64,000 nucleotides of DNA from Marsupella aquatica (taxonomy: Eukaryota > Plantae > Marchantiophyta). The translations under genes and the position numbers were made by a program. Shown here piece by piece: positions 51,978 to 64,000 of this stretch. Within the stretch, counting starts at the first letter, position 1. Every line of letters begins with the position of its first letter. The notes beneath the pieces are model-generated. The model was given only the letters and a program-made list of their open reading frames with translations, was not told the origin of the DNA and made no database searches. Location: contig OZ316895.1 of NCBI GenBank assembly GCA_973895155.1, positions 3,273,659-3,337,658 on the forward strand, in the 5' to 3' direction.

Positions 51978-54666
51978 CTTCTACAAACCTAATCAGAATT
52001 CACCGGTCAGGCTGCTTTCCAACTTCATTCCATCCCGCGTTCGAGCCTGCAGATTCCCGACCTTGAGGAGGGCTCTACGGACACAAAATGGCATTCGACA
52101 TTCCACAGCTCAGGACGGCACAGAACACCGGCAGCGGCTTAAGGGAGAAAAATACGTACAGGAAAACGTACCCGAAAATTAGTATTACGAACACGACCCT
52201 GCCCTTCTGGTGCTGCTTCAAACAGGTAACATCATAGTTTGGGAGTGAAAGATGGGGGGCAGAAAATTAGCCTGCTGAGCTCACGCAACCATCTACGAAC
52301 AATCCAATACGACACTCGTATCAGGCCTTTGAACTTTTTACAAATGTTTGACACGCCTTCATTATACCTATCAATTCAAAGATACATACTAAACTGTAAT
52401 TTCTGAACTCCAGTGGACTTCTTCGAAGAATCTGGCAGAATGTCATTCTTTAAGAAGGTCAAAGTGATACAGTTTCCCCATGAAGGAAATAGATGGAATT
52501 CATAAAATGAGTGGAAAGGATCAAACTGTCCAAGAGAATCCTCAACTTAAATTCATTGACAGTCTAAAGTTCGTGAAGTAATTTCCATATGAACGCATTT
52601 TGAACACACTGGATCTCATGTTCGCATTGAGCATTACCGTAGATCAAGTCAGAAGATGTTTACTTTCCTTAAAAATTATGTCGGCGATTTTACAGTTCCA
52701 GTTGCGTATGCCACCACCCTGCACATGGGGACAATCATTCAAAAAGTGTTTGAGTTGCCCACCGCTTGAGCAAGCCGCATAATTTGTGTGCCCATTTTCC
52801 TATGTGCTCCCACGTGCCCTGCTACCACTTTGTCCACAAGGGCATTCAGATGAAATGCGTCTCACTTGCCCACAAGTTGAGCGCTGTTTTTTAGAGCCAG
52901 TTTGACTACCTTGCCCAGTTCCTCCCGACCTTGTCTGCTGGCCGGACTACGAGGCAATTTCAAAGTTCCAAATTTCAGCTCACTCCCCTAAGTATGACTT
53001 ACTCACACTGCTACTTGACACAGAGTTGACAAGAAAAGGGGGAGTTCCTGGTTCTAGACAGAAGGAGCTGCTCCAGCAAATCCTTTAAAGCTTTTCCAAT
53101 ACTGTTAGCGATGCTTGCCTGAGCTGATAGAAGATGCATTTACCATGTGCAGTCCGGAAATTGGTTCCACCAACCTTAATAATGTCCTTCAGAATTTCAT
53201 CACAGTCCCCTGACGCCACTCCATAAGAAAGAAGAAAGAGGTCGTCAGATAAGAGTCACAAAAATCTCCAGACAATTTTACTTGCTTTCATCCAAGAACA
53301 ATGAAAATGAAATTAGCCACTTAATAGGGGGTTGACAAACTATAACACTCTCCACATATGCAGACAATAAGTACATGAATCCAGCATTCAAAGTACAGCT
53401 CGAGAATTGAATCTGACGTACCACATCGCTATTGACGGCCGGCTCAGCAAGATTCTTTAGCCTTCGCTTCTTCTTGGATTTGGCCTTCCTTCTCTGCAAC
53501 TGTCTGCAATAAAAGGAATTCAACCTTGCTATCCACTCAATGTATGGATAGTGATGCTCAGCTATGTAACGTGAGCTTAACTACAGAAGATCTCTGGCTC
53601 TACAAGATTCCCACACCTTATATGAAACAATTAGAGCTCCATCAAAACATTTGAAAGGCTTCGTGTTCATTCGTAGAGGACTACTGTATCTATCCCTTGT
53701 TGAAATCTTACATTTAACTCCCTTTCATCACCGACCGTAAATTTAGGTCTTGCTTTTGTAAAGTTTCAAGTAAAGCATTTGCAATTTCCTACACATAGTA
53801 AAGGGGGTGAGCAACAGAGCAACTGAGTGACTGAGGATATGAATTAGTGAAGGAAATTATACAAAAATCTATGCATGCCTATAAGCAAAATTCATGTCAT
53901 GAGAAATGAAGTTTCTTCCAACAATAAGAAACATGTCACACCCCTCATCGATCATATGTCAAATTGTAAATTCATCTAGAAAATTCAACCAAATTACACT
54001 TCTCTAGTCCCTATTCTGTCTATTTTTAATTTTATGTTGGTAGAACTGGAAATCCAAGGGAAGGAAAACTGAACAGAAGGAGTATGTTATACTAATCCTT
54101 TCGTCTATTCATAAGCCGTCGATTCCCGAGATCGACGACCGACATTGATTTTCGTGGCACTCGAAAGGCGACGGGTCAATGCAGGAAAGCCCACTTTGAA
54201 GGGCCACTTGTAAACTGCTCCTAGTTTCTTCGTGGAAATGACTCATCATCAGTAGATCTGAACTCTCGTTTTGGCGTCTGCTACAGGTCTCTGAGATCGT
54301 GTTCGAGGTCCGAAACGATCGCGATTTCCTACTGTACTCCTTATTTTCATTGGCAGTACTGAATTCTATATGAAGGGCTCTTCGTCTCATTTTCATCACA
54401 ACACTTATGTTCTTTCTTACAGCTGCTGAAGCGACGAAGGTTTGGCCAAGGCGGAGGCCTGAATTGAGGAGCAGGGTTTCCAATTGATGCGGATTGTGGA
54501 GCGAGTGAGTAAGCTGAGCAGAATTGGTTTCGTGTCGATTGTGTTGATTTTGTTGTGTTATCGAAGTACTGGCGTGGAGGAGTCGTCGTGGTTGGACGAG
54601 AAGGAGCAGCAGATTGGGCTTGAACAGGAGCAGCACTCGGGTCTGCTAGGGCGAGAGATTTTTCCA

Positions 54667-55797
54667 ATGGCGATTGCAGGGGATACTCAAAAAGCCACTG
54701 TCGCGGCTGGATGCTTTTGGAGCGTGGAATTGGCGTTTCAGCGCGTCCCTGGTGTCACCAAGGTGCGTTACTACTGTACTTGAATCCTGTGTGCCTGTGC
54801 CGATCCTCCCTCAAACCTGAATTTGGGGTCTGCTGAGTGTGACTTGTGATAGATTGTTGATGATTCGGCTTGGCCTCACAGGTGGGCTGACTTCTTTGAG
54901 GTAAGGATGGAATTGGATGACCATCGACGTCTGGAGCCCTAAATTCGTGATTGATTTCGAGATACTGTACATGCATAGATGTTGGGACCTTCTTACTTGT
55001 TCTTTGTGAAGTAAAGGTTATGGAAATGGGTATGTAATTACTTACGGCAATTGCCAAGTGTTGCAATTGTAGGAGATTTCTTGCGCTGACACTTTGAACG
55101 TTTTTGCAGACCTCTGTAGGGTACACTCAAGGGCATGTTGAAAATCCAACATACGAGCAGGTGTGCACCGGCAGGACGGGGCATGCTGAAGCAGTGCTTT
55201 TAGAGTACAACCCCAGCGAGGTGTCTTATCAACAGCTTTTGGATGTCTTCTGGAAGAAACATGATCCAACTCAAAAGAACCGTCAGGTATGATCCTTGAT
55301 TTCGATTGCCAAGTCAGGCCTTCCCAAGTTCCCCGTGTCAGTCTTTCCCATGTCCATCTTAAAGCGAGATTTCCAAGTCTGATTTGACTCGCCGTTCTGA
55401 AATTGGGGTCAAACATTTTGATCCACTGCCATGTTACTGATGGAGTTGTGTAACAGTGTGGCACCGAAGTTCCAATTGTCGTTTGTTTATGAGGTTTCGA
55501 GAGAGTACACTGACACATGTGCCAATTTTTGGTTCTGTTCTGTAGGGGAATGATGTGGGGACTCAGTATCGATCTGGGATTTACTACCACAACCCAGAGC
55601 AAGAGTCGATAGCAAAGGCTTCACTGCACGCGATGGAGGAAAAGTTGGGGAAGAAGATTGCCACAGAAGTTCTGCCTGCAAAAACTTTCTACGTATCCGA
55701 GGATTACCACCAGCAATATCTTGAGAGGGGTGTCGCCGGGGGAGGCAAGCAGAGTGCTAGAAAGGGTTGCAACGACCCCATCAGGTGTTATGGCTGA
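54667..55797 (+). CDS. msrA: Peptide methionine sulfoxide reductase A (plant PMSR type), 3 exons
   Basis: Exons 54667 (or 54487)-54762, 55110-55286, 55546-55797. Motifs [52 protein letters not shown] and [10 protein letters not shown]. Confidence 0.95.
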
Positions 55798-56862
55798 ATT
55801 TGTATTCGGGGTTGACGATCCTCCCACGATTCTGCCGATTCTGTTCAGCCTTCGTTTTGCTGTTCCATAACATTAGGTTTCACTTGAAAGCAGGTCGCTG
55901 AAAAAAGATTGTCATAGAGATGGCACCGGGAAAAACACGTTGATTCAACGTCATGAGTTCATGCGTAAGTAGAGGTTAAGTTGGTGAATATTGCTGGACG
56001 AAGCAGATAAAGTAGCTTGCAATGATATAGAGAGCTCTTAACACGGGCTGGGTTTCCTGGGGCAATCTGGTAAGCTGCTAGAGCTACAGCTTTAGAAACT
56101 TGCTGCTTGACCTTCCAACGGGGCAACTTTACTGTAACAGATATGCCTTCTGAGTGGTTTTGCTAGCGGTTTTGTTAGCCTGGTCTCCCCCGGTTTGAGA
56201 GCGTTGATTTTCCTCGTAGATTGTGTTTACAAGAGTGGACCTTTCTGTAACAAAATAGCAACAACCTTCAATAATATGGACATGGTGATGTTAGAGGGTG
56301 ATCTTTCCCCCTAATTCGCTGATTCAATGCTGATTAACCATTAACTCTCCCCACTTGTTAATAAAAAACTTTTAATTATTATCTTTGAGAAAGAAGTCTC
56401 CATGGCATCACTTTCGACTCAGTGTAATCTTTTTCAAAATTAAGGTAGCCTGACAGGAAGACAAAAAAAACTGATTGTAACTTTTGAGCAACATCGATGT
56501 TACTACCCTTCCAGGGTTGGGTTGGGATTTGAAGAGACAATGTACTGAGTACTTTCCCGCTGCCAAGGGAAACTTTCCCTCGTCTCTCACTGCAGCGGCT
56601 CTTGCTTCCTAGCGCCAGGTACTTGCCTCCTAATGAGTCGAGCAAATTTCCCTTCACGGATGTCAATTAGAATCCAAAGGCATTGCAAAATACAATTAGT
56701 ATGCACGGGATGGGCAATCTGCATGCCTCGGCACCCAGACTCCCCTGTGTTTCACCCAAGTACTCACAATCACAACCAGTAAGCTGTACCCATGCTTGTG
56801 CACATGAAGAGCTCTCTGTACCCCCAGATTTCCCAATGCCCAAAACTTTATCTTCTCGGTCA

Positions 56863-56914
56863 GATATATATATATATATATATATATCATATTATAATGT
56901 AATGTAATGTAATA
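56863..56914. repeat. (TA)n followed by (TAATG)3 microsatellite
   Basis: Read directly from the sequence. Confidence 0.9.
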
Positions 56915-57955
56915 TAGGAGATAGATGTCAATGACCCCCAATCCTTTGGATTCATCCAGGAAGGTTACAACAAGATGGTAATGCCAACTGGTAAACCTAA
57001 TTAAGCCAACCTTTAGGTGAGTGCCATGCCACAATCAGACGCTGGTCGTCTTTGTGTCTATCTGAATGAACTACTGTTGCGAGGTCCTGGCTGTAAAACA
57101 GTGGGCTGACAGTGGACATGCTAACTTGTACATTATCTGAAGTTATAGTATCGTTTCCTCTCGTCTTTGGACCTCTTTCGCTTTCCCTTTGTTGTACTTT
57201 GTTTGGCCCTTTTAAATTATGGCCGCTTTTTCTTCTCGATCCTCTGATTAATTTTTTCGGTCATCTTTTGACACCTGTCTCAGCTATTCTCAGGCGCGTC
57301 CCCATCTAGTTCAATGAAAGCACTTCCGCAATTTCATTCTTTCACCGCTTACATGAGTCATTTTTCGCAGTACTCAATCAGATATAGGGATATACACCGA
57401 CTCAAATACAGGAGGAATTGCTACCGGCTTGAAGCTTGCATACGACTCACCGGCCGGAGGAACAATTGCACAACCAGGTAATTAAGAAGAAGTCATAGCG
57501 AACCAGTTTCAGGTATCGAATTTCGGTTCCTGCGTTGTGACTGTGCATGTCGTCCAGCTTCCTAGTCGTTCGGGACTTCTTTCTTCTCGTCACTTTGTGT
57601 TTCGGAAGACCAAATGTTTTCAATCAGCGGGATGCAATTCCTTACGATGCAGTTTTGACCGAGTCGATTGAGAACTCCCTGGTCAGCCATCGTAGTTCAA
57701 TCCCCTGTTTAATACCCGAAGTTATTAGTCAAACTGGAATCTTAAGAAGCAGCAGCGTGGATGTTGTCAAAGGTGTCGAGAAGTTCATTGAGCAGATGGA
57801 CCAAGATTTGACGATCTGATGGCTCTTTTCCAAGCCAAATTCCCCTTTGTTCTTCTGAGGGTCGGAAGTTTGGCGAGAGCGAATTCTAATAGCTGACCAC
57901 AGAGGAACTGGACGGGGCGAAGCCAGGGCGACTTTTGTGATACCGAGAGTACAGC

Positions 57956-60600
57956 ATGGGAGGCCCACTTGAGGGCTTGGTCACCCACAAATTCGTGCAG
58001 ACCAATGGCATCAAGACGCACTACGTTGAAGCTGGCTCAGGCAAGGCTATTTGCTTGTTGGGTTCGTTGAGGTTCAGAGTCTCATTCATGAATTGCAGCT
58101 GCATCTTTCGCTCCTTTGTCGCCATGTCTATGACAGTTCTTACAATGCTCTTGAATCCGATTAATCATCTCCTTCCCGAAGACTTCATCTTCTCTACTGT
58201 TGTCCTGACGTCACTTCAATTCCACAGATACATGTGGTGGGAATGTGAATTTGGCTAGTCAGGTACAGAACTCCATGGTTTGCCTGAATAGGCAGCGACC
58301 ATAGAAAGTACTAAGCGAGTACTTCCTTGGCCAATGACAGTGCAGACAAACCATGGCGATGGTCATTAACCCGTCTGGCGTGAAGAATTGCACTTCATGC
58401 CTAGAAGGCTCTCAGAATAGCGATAGAAGGTCTTGCACGTGCTCAACAAATTCTTGTGATGAATCGTTTCCGTGTCTGCATTCCCTGTGAGCTTCTCGGA
58501 CTCAGCCAGCAACCTCTCCTAAAGTGATTTGCTCTGGTTTTGAGGGTGAAGTTCACCAAAAAGAGTGTGAGTGAGATGTTTCAAATGCATTTGAGAGCCA
58601 CACTATGAGTGGCGTCATGATTAATATGCTACAGCTGACTTTGAGTACACGCTGCTAAGAACCATAAATTTGTGGCTCAACTCAGAAACGTCAGCCATAG
58701 AGACCCTTATGGAAGACACACGAAGAGCTCCCTTTGGAAGAGTAGGTTCCAGCTGAGTCTTACAAGTCGATGCACATCCAATTCAGCTAGGCACGGCCTT
58801 GTGACGGGCCTCTCCCGACATTCATGATCAGCATGAGGAGCAATTCAGCAACGGCAAGGGATCAATGTAACCTGAAAATTCACTTACATGGGGCTGTATG
58901 TCACATTCGGTGAATTATGTTCATGTCGTTCTTTCTGTTTGTGTGCACAGGGCCAACAGTGTTGTTACTTCACGGTTTCCCTGACTTTTGGTACAGCTGG
59001 CGCCATCAGATTCCAGCCTTTGTCGCGGCAGGCTACCATGTGGTGGTTCCAGATCACAGGGGCGTTGGAGAGACAGAGATCCCGGATTTAGTAGATAAGT
59101 ACACGGAATTGGACTATGTTGGAGACATCATTGGTCTCTTGGACGCTCTCGAATTGAAGAAGGTATTAATTCCTCATGCGCAGCGGAAGGGCCAGCTCTC
59201 CAGCTTGTCTCAATCTGTAAGCTTTTAATAAAATTGCTGAAGGTTTGAAAATATGTCAGTCTTACCTTTAACGAACCACACAAAATCTTGAAAAAGCTCA
59301 ACTATTTTGATTTACAGAAAAAACGATTCACAAGTGTTGGAAACGAAAGTTGACGGAATTCAACGGAGGCTTAGATTTTGCTCCTAGTTCTGCTCTTGTG
59401 TCTCCCCACCTTTCCCCCAAACACAATCACACAGCCCAAAAGCTAGAAAGATATTAAAAACAGATAGCCTGATTCGAATGTGCAGGTAGTTGTGGTTGCG
59501 CATGATTGGGGCTGTACATATGGCTCGGATTTGGCATTGTTTCGGCAGGACAGAGTAAAAGCTCTTGTCCTTTTGGGTTTGCAATACATACCTCGAGTCC
59601 AAGAGGTTTTTGCAGTGGACATTTTGCGAAAGATGTTGGGTAATGACATGTATATTTCAGTTTTCCAGGTACTTTGTCATACTGTTTCCCTGGTCTTAAG
59701 TATTATCCTCACGGATTGGGATGGCCTGTGTTCCAGAAAATATTCTGTTTATAGGTTCATGAATTTCTCTTTGAATTCCATTTAGTGCACAACTTTTGAT
59801 TCTCTTGGGCACGTGATTACATCATGGTCGTGCAGACACCTGGGGTCGCTGAGGATATATTCAAAAAGGCAAAGAATGAGGATATATTCTCCGCCTTTTA
59901 CTTAAGGTGGAACTCTACTCCCAACCTTGCTATCCCGCCTTTTATTGAGGACGAGCCGCTTCCAGAATGGCTCAGCAAAGAGGACCTCAAGATATATGCA
60001 CAGGCCTTCGACAAAACTGGGTGGACAGGCGCTTTAAATCAGTATCGTGCAATGAAATTGTACGTATCCTGTACCGTACCATGTATCTGGGGAGCCCCAT
60101 TGTCTTTGGCTTACGGCACTAGAAAATTCCATATGTAACACGAGGTACCACGCACACTCTAACCAAATCATACGACAATAACTCTTGACGATCATAGAAA
60201 TATACCGATGTGTTCTGCTTTATCTGCAGCTCTTCCCGTTAGTTCTTGTATCTGGGACGGATAGCACCTCTTGGAAATTCACTACAAGAAGCACATGTTG
60301 GAAATTGGCTTGATGCTGAATTGTTCTCGTAGGTCGTGGGAGTTGAAGGCTCCGTGGACAAAGGCCAGCTTGCCTGCAGAAGTGCCTGTCATGTTGATGA
60401 TGGGAAGACAAGACCTTGGGGCTCTTTTCTTTGGTATCAAGAGCGCGGCAGATGAAGAGAAGTTTTTTGCGACATCCAAGGAGACAATGCCTGGTCTAAA
60501 GGCCCACTCCTTCATCGATGCTTCACACTTTTTGCACCAAGAGAAGTCCGAGGAAGTGAACATTAGTGTCCTCGACTTTTTAGAGGAGTACAAAAACTAG
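57956..60600 (+). CDS. Soluble epoxide hydrolase (alpha/beta-hydrolase), 5 exons
   Basis: Exons 57956-58040, 58951-59162, 59486-59668, 59836-60059, 60333-60600. Motifs LLLHGFPDFWYSWRHQI, PDHRGVG, VAHDWG (Asp nucleophile), LNQYRAM and SHFLHQE (catalytic His). Confidence 0.92.
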
Positions 60601-60884
60601 GACGCAGCCACTCGGACATCTATGTGCGCTATTCGATCCTCAAGCTGGATTGTAAATAGAGGTGCAGTGAATGATGTCTTAGATACACTTTTTGGGATTT
60701 GAGGGAAAATGTGTGCAGATGCTTCTAAATATAGATTTTCGTGTGCCTTGTCGTGGACTTTACGAGTAAGTTTATCTACTCATGTTTTTATATCTATTTC
60801 ATATTTGGTTTGATGTGCTCTCAGTAAGTCAGAGCTAGATCGAAGTGCATGAGTAAGTGATCATGCATAATTTGTCTTCTTTAG

Positions 60885-61190
60885 TTCGGCGTGAATCCCA
60901 CTGAGGGGTGGGGGACCCAGTAAGGCAGTGAGAAAAACAGAACACCCACAACTGGGGCATGTTTTTCGGCGTGAACCGCACTGCGTGGGGGATCCGGCCA
61001 GTAAGGCTATCAGAATAATTATAACATAACTTCCGCAACACTCGCCATCACAGGGACATATTTTCGGCGTGAACCCTTGTGAGGGGGGACCCAGTAAAGC
61101 TATCAGAATAACAGATCACCCACCATATGAGCACTACGACGAATTCGGGGTGAATCCCGGTTAGAGGGGGACCCAGTAAGCTATCAAAAT
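60885..61190. repeat. Four-copy array of a ~50-bp core with variable linkers
   Basis: TTCGGCGTGAA(T)CCC..GGGGGACCCAGTAA(G)GCTATCAGAATA near 60885, 60965, 61062 and 61144. Confidence 0.8.
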
Positions 61191-61350
61191 ATTATAACAA
61201 AACTACCATATTGGGCAGCATGGTGAAACACTCACTTTGATAAGTGATGATGCCTCCACTTTAAGCGATCATGTCCCCACTCTAAGTGATCGTGCATGAT
61301 GGGATATGGAGCTTGGATATGCATGATGGGTCTTACACTGCATTATTCTA

Positions 61351-61565
61351 GAGCCACTACCTAGTTCTGCCATGCCACGTAGGAATGCAAATGCAACATT
61401 CAACCAGCTTGAACGGAAAGCCTTAGTCGAAATTGATCTCTCAAGGAATAGTTTGTGAGCCACTATCTAGTTCGGCCATGCCACGTAGGAGTGCAAACGC
61501 AGCCATTCAACCAGTGAACGGAAAGGCTTAGTAGAAATTGTTCACTCAAGGAATAGTTTGTGAGA
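61351..61565. repeat. ~107-bp tandem duplication
   Basis: GAGCCACTA.CTAGTTC.GCCATGCCACGTAGGA.TGCAAA.GCA...TCAAGGAATAGTTTGTGAG twice. Confidence 0.85.
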
Positions 61566-61800
61566 GCAAAATGACATTTGCACTAATACATGTAGGAAAA
61601 TGCAGGTCTGGTCTGGGGTACTAGCTTGTGACCTCTTGACCAGATAGGGAAGAAGACCTGGGCGACGGCAGCCACAAAGTGTAAATCCTTGACCATAAAG
61701 TGAAGAAGACCTGACCGACAGGGCCACAAAGGTTTTCTGAGCTTTCTGGTCACAGGGTCACAATAGAATCCCTACCCAAACATGCATTATATTATTTAAT

Positions 61801-62430
61801 ACTAGCCTTGATTACCCGTTCAAAAAATGATTAGCGGAGAGGACAATAAAAAAAGTCATCAAAATATATTCTCTATTCATATTCTTTGAAAGTTAATAAA
61901 ATAATAATAAAAACTCATCATTTTAATAATTATATATAATATATCATTCTTTTTATGTGCATATCATTATTTTTTATACATATCTATATGAATTTTTCAT
62001 ATGCACATGATTATCATATTATTTGAAAGTTAATAAAATTTAAAAAAATATGATTATCATATTATTTGAAAGTTAATAAAATTTAAAAAAATTATCATTT
62101 TAATAATTATATATAATATATCATTCTTTTTTATGTCCATATTATTCTTTTTTATACATATCTATATAAGTTTTTCACATACACATGATAACCATAGAGT
62201 TACAGCCTAGAGGCTTCACTCTAGACCTAGGCTCTTCATAGTAGACTTCAATTGACGTCTTTATAATAAAATAATATACTATTCTTCTCTATGTGCATAT
62301 ATATATATTTTTTGCATATCTATATGAGTTTTTCAGATACACAAGATGACCATAGAATTACAACCTAGAGACTTCACTTTAGGCCTAGGCTCGTTACAAT
62401 AGATTTCAGTTAGCTTTTTTATAGTAAGAT
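61801..62430 (-). mobile_element. AT-rich internally repetitive element, possibly a non-autonomous Helitron remnant
   Basis: Internal duplications (61885-62015 vs 62065-62190; 62190-62260 vs 62350-62425). The left end ACTAG..ACCCG resembles a reversed Helitron CTAG 3' end, but the hairpin is degenerate. Confidence 0.3.
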
Positions 62431-63409
62431 TCTGTATGGAAAAAAGGTTACTTATGGGAATAGCAACTTCCTCCAGAAATGTTTACCCCGATGTTTACAT
62501 GCACGTAACATTCCTGACAGAATCTGCACTCACGGGCTTTCGTTTAAACTGGAGAATACCGTGCAAGTCCTTGCCTTGCCCCAAACATGTTTGCTTTTGC
62601 AAATCTTGTTCTTGATTTCCCCAAAATGGGTACATTTGCAAATGGTTTCCTACAGCTGGAAAGAGTTTCCTACAGCTGGAAAGAGTAATCTTCTTCACGT
62701 GGATACAGAGCCTGAGATCAACGACATTGCGTGCAACGCGATATCCCGTGCAGGGATACACTTCACGTAGGTTAAAATCATTGATTGATCCGAGGGATAT
62801 TTTCTACCAAGGCGGACGAAGTATCTCAAGGGAGCGATCCAAAGCTTCAACGCAAGTTCTGTTAATTTACTGACCCGACGGATTCTCTCCAAAGTCGGAT
62901 CGGACGATATATCTCAAGGGAGCGATCCAAAGCTTCAGCAAGTATGATCGATCAGTTCACACAAACCGTACCTTAAATCGAGAAAGCAAACAAGTCTCGT
63001 GCAAGATCATCATTCAATTCAGTAGGTAGCAGGAGTACCACAACCGAGCTTCTGAGCGGCGCGGACATTCAAGAAGGTATCAACGTACAAACGGTTCTCG
63101 AATCATCTACTGAATTCACCTTTTAATAGGAAATGTGGAGATAAAATGTGATCCAAGGACATGTATATTACACCATAATTGGCGGGTTGCAACAGCTTTC
63201 TTACACCACAGCTCAAACATGGCCAAAAATCTTTAAATATATGACGAACTTCGACAGCTAACGGGGCAGCTAAAAACTACATCGGGCACCAGCTCTACTC
63301 GTGAAATATCCCAGCGGATACAACGCAGACTTCTTCAGCTTACAGAAGAAGCTATCAGAAGTTTGAGCTCTAAAGACCACTGCCGCGTACATCGATTACC
63401 AGACAAGGA

Positions 63410-64000
63410 TTACGTGCAAGCATTTCCCGCAGAAATGGACTCCACATTCACGGTCTCGAACACGAGGGCTTGCTTCGCCGCAGCCTCCTTGCTAACCAAA
63501 GCAGCGGTGAACTCCTCGATAACCAAAATCGGGGATAGTGGGAATTTTCCCCTGCCGTAAGAGTTCAGAAGGGACGTGCAAGCGGATCTCACTAGCATTT
63601 TGTATGGGTCAGAGCTATACTCCAACAACGCCTCCAAAACGGTCGTTTGTCCATAAACCGCTGCAGCCTTTGTTCCAAAAACGCTAGAAACAGTCGCTGT
63701 GATTTTCACGAAGGCTGGCCACGAACCGGTATGCTCAGCCCAGTACGCTGTTCTGCATCCATCTCCATTTCCCACATAAGGCGTTCCGCTGCCTGGGTAT
63801 GGAAGAGTTTGGAAGTTACCCGTGTAGCTGCTATATGTCAATGGCTTAAACTGCCCGGTGCTGCCAGTGGTCTTCGGAGCGTTCTGCTCGTAGTAGCCAT
63901 AAGGGTATCTCTCACCAGTGGTCTTCGGAGCGTTCTGCCCGTAGTAGCCATAAGGGTATCTCTCACCAGGCACATCAGTCCCGGCTGTCGTGTCCTGAGA
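63410..64000 (-). CDS. Protodermal factor 1 (PDF1)-like cell-wall protein, C-terminal part; 5' end lies outside the window
   Basis: Frame open from the window edge to the stop at 63410. C-terminal domain C..AYW..H..W..FG..YG..TVLEAL..PYKMLVRSACTSLLNSY..FP..AAAKQALVFETVN resembles the PDF1-family domain. Confidence 0.72.
   Translation of the reverse strand, partial: SQDTTAGTDVPGERYPYGYYGQNAPKTTGERYPYGYYEQNAPKTTGSTGQFKPLTYSSYTGNFQTLPYPGSGTPYVGNGDGCRTAYWAEHTGSWPAFVKITATVSSVFGTKAAAVYGQTTVLEALLEYSSDPYKMLVRSACTSLLNSYGRGKFPLSPILVIEEFTAALVSKEAAAKQALVFETVNVESISAGNACT

Noticed and set aside
60885-61190. CRISPR array or hammerhead ribozymes
   Set aside because: Eukaryotic context with no cas genes, degenerate repeats and related linkers. 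The minus-strand CTGATAG does not match the hammerhead CUGANGA core.

Overview
Eukaryotic land-plant genomic DNA with spliceosomal introns; gene style suggests a non-flowering plant such as a bryophyte (inference only). Eight host genes are supported: CCS52/FZR1 APC/C activator (+), RPL17/uL22 (+), a SERAC1-like ARM plus alpha/beta-hydrolase (-), a mitochondrial PPR protein of the At4g35850 type (-), mitochondrial ketoacyl-ACP synthase (-), MsrA (+), a soluble epoxide hydrolase (+) and a 5'-truncated PDF1-like protein (-). A nested retrotransposon block at about 5.85-21.5 kb holds the two most unusual items. First, a degenerate minus-strand Ty1/copia element carries, between pol and its PPT, an antisense ORF encoding a hydrophobic anchor plus an RNase H1 hybrid-binding (caulimovirus viroplasmin-type) domain. 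Second, a 4,785-bp TG...CA insertion with a perfect 5-bp TSD sits inside a second copia element; it looks like a giant solo LTR but is mostly filled by one degenerate ~1,300-codon ORF. Smaller items include a TA-flanked MITE, a copia solo LTR, a duplicated orphan exon, a GC-AG intron and several tandem repeats. All calls come from manual reading; no database searches were run.
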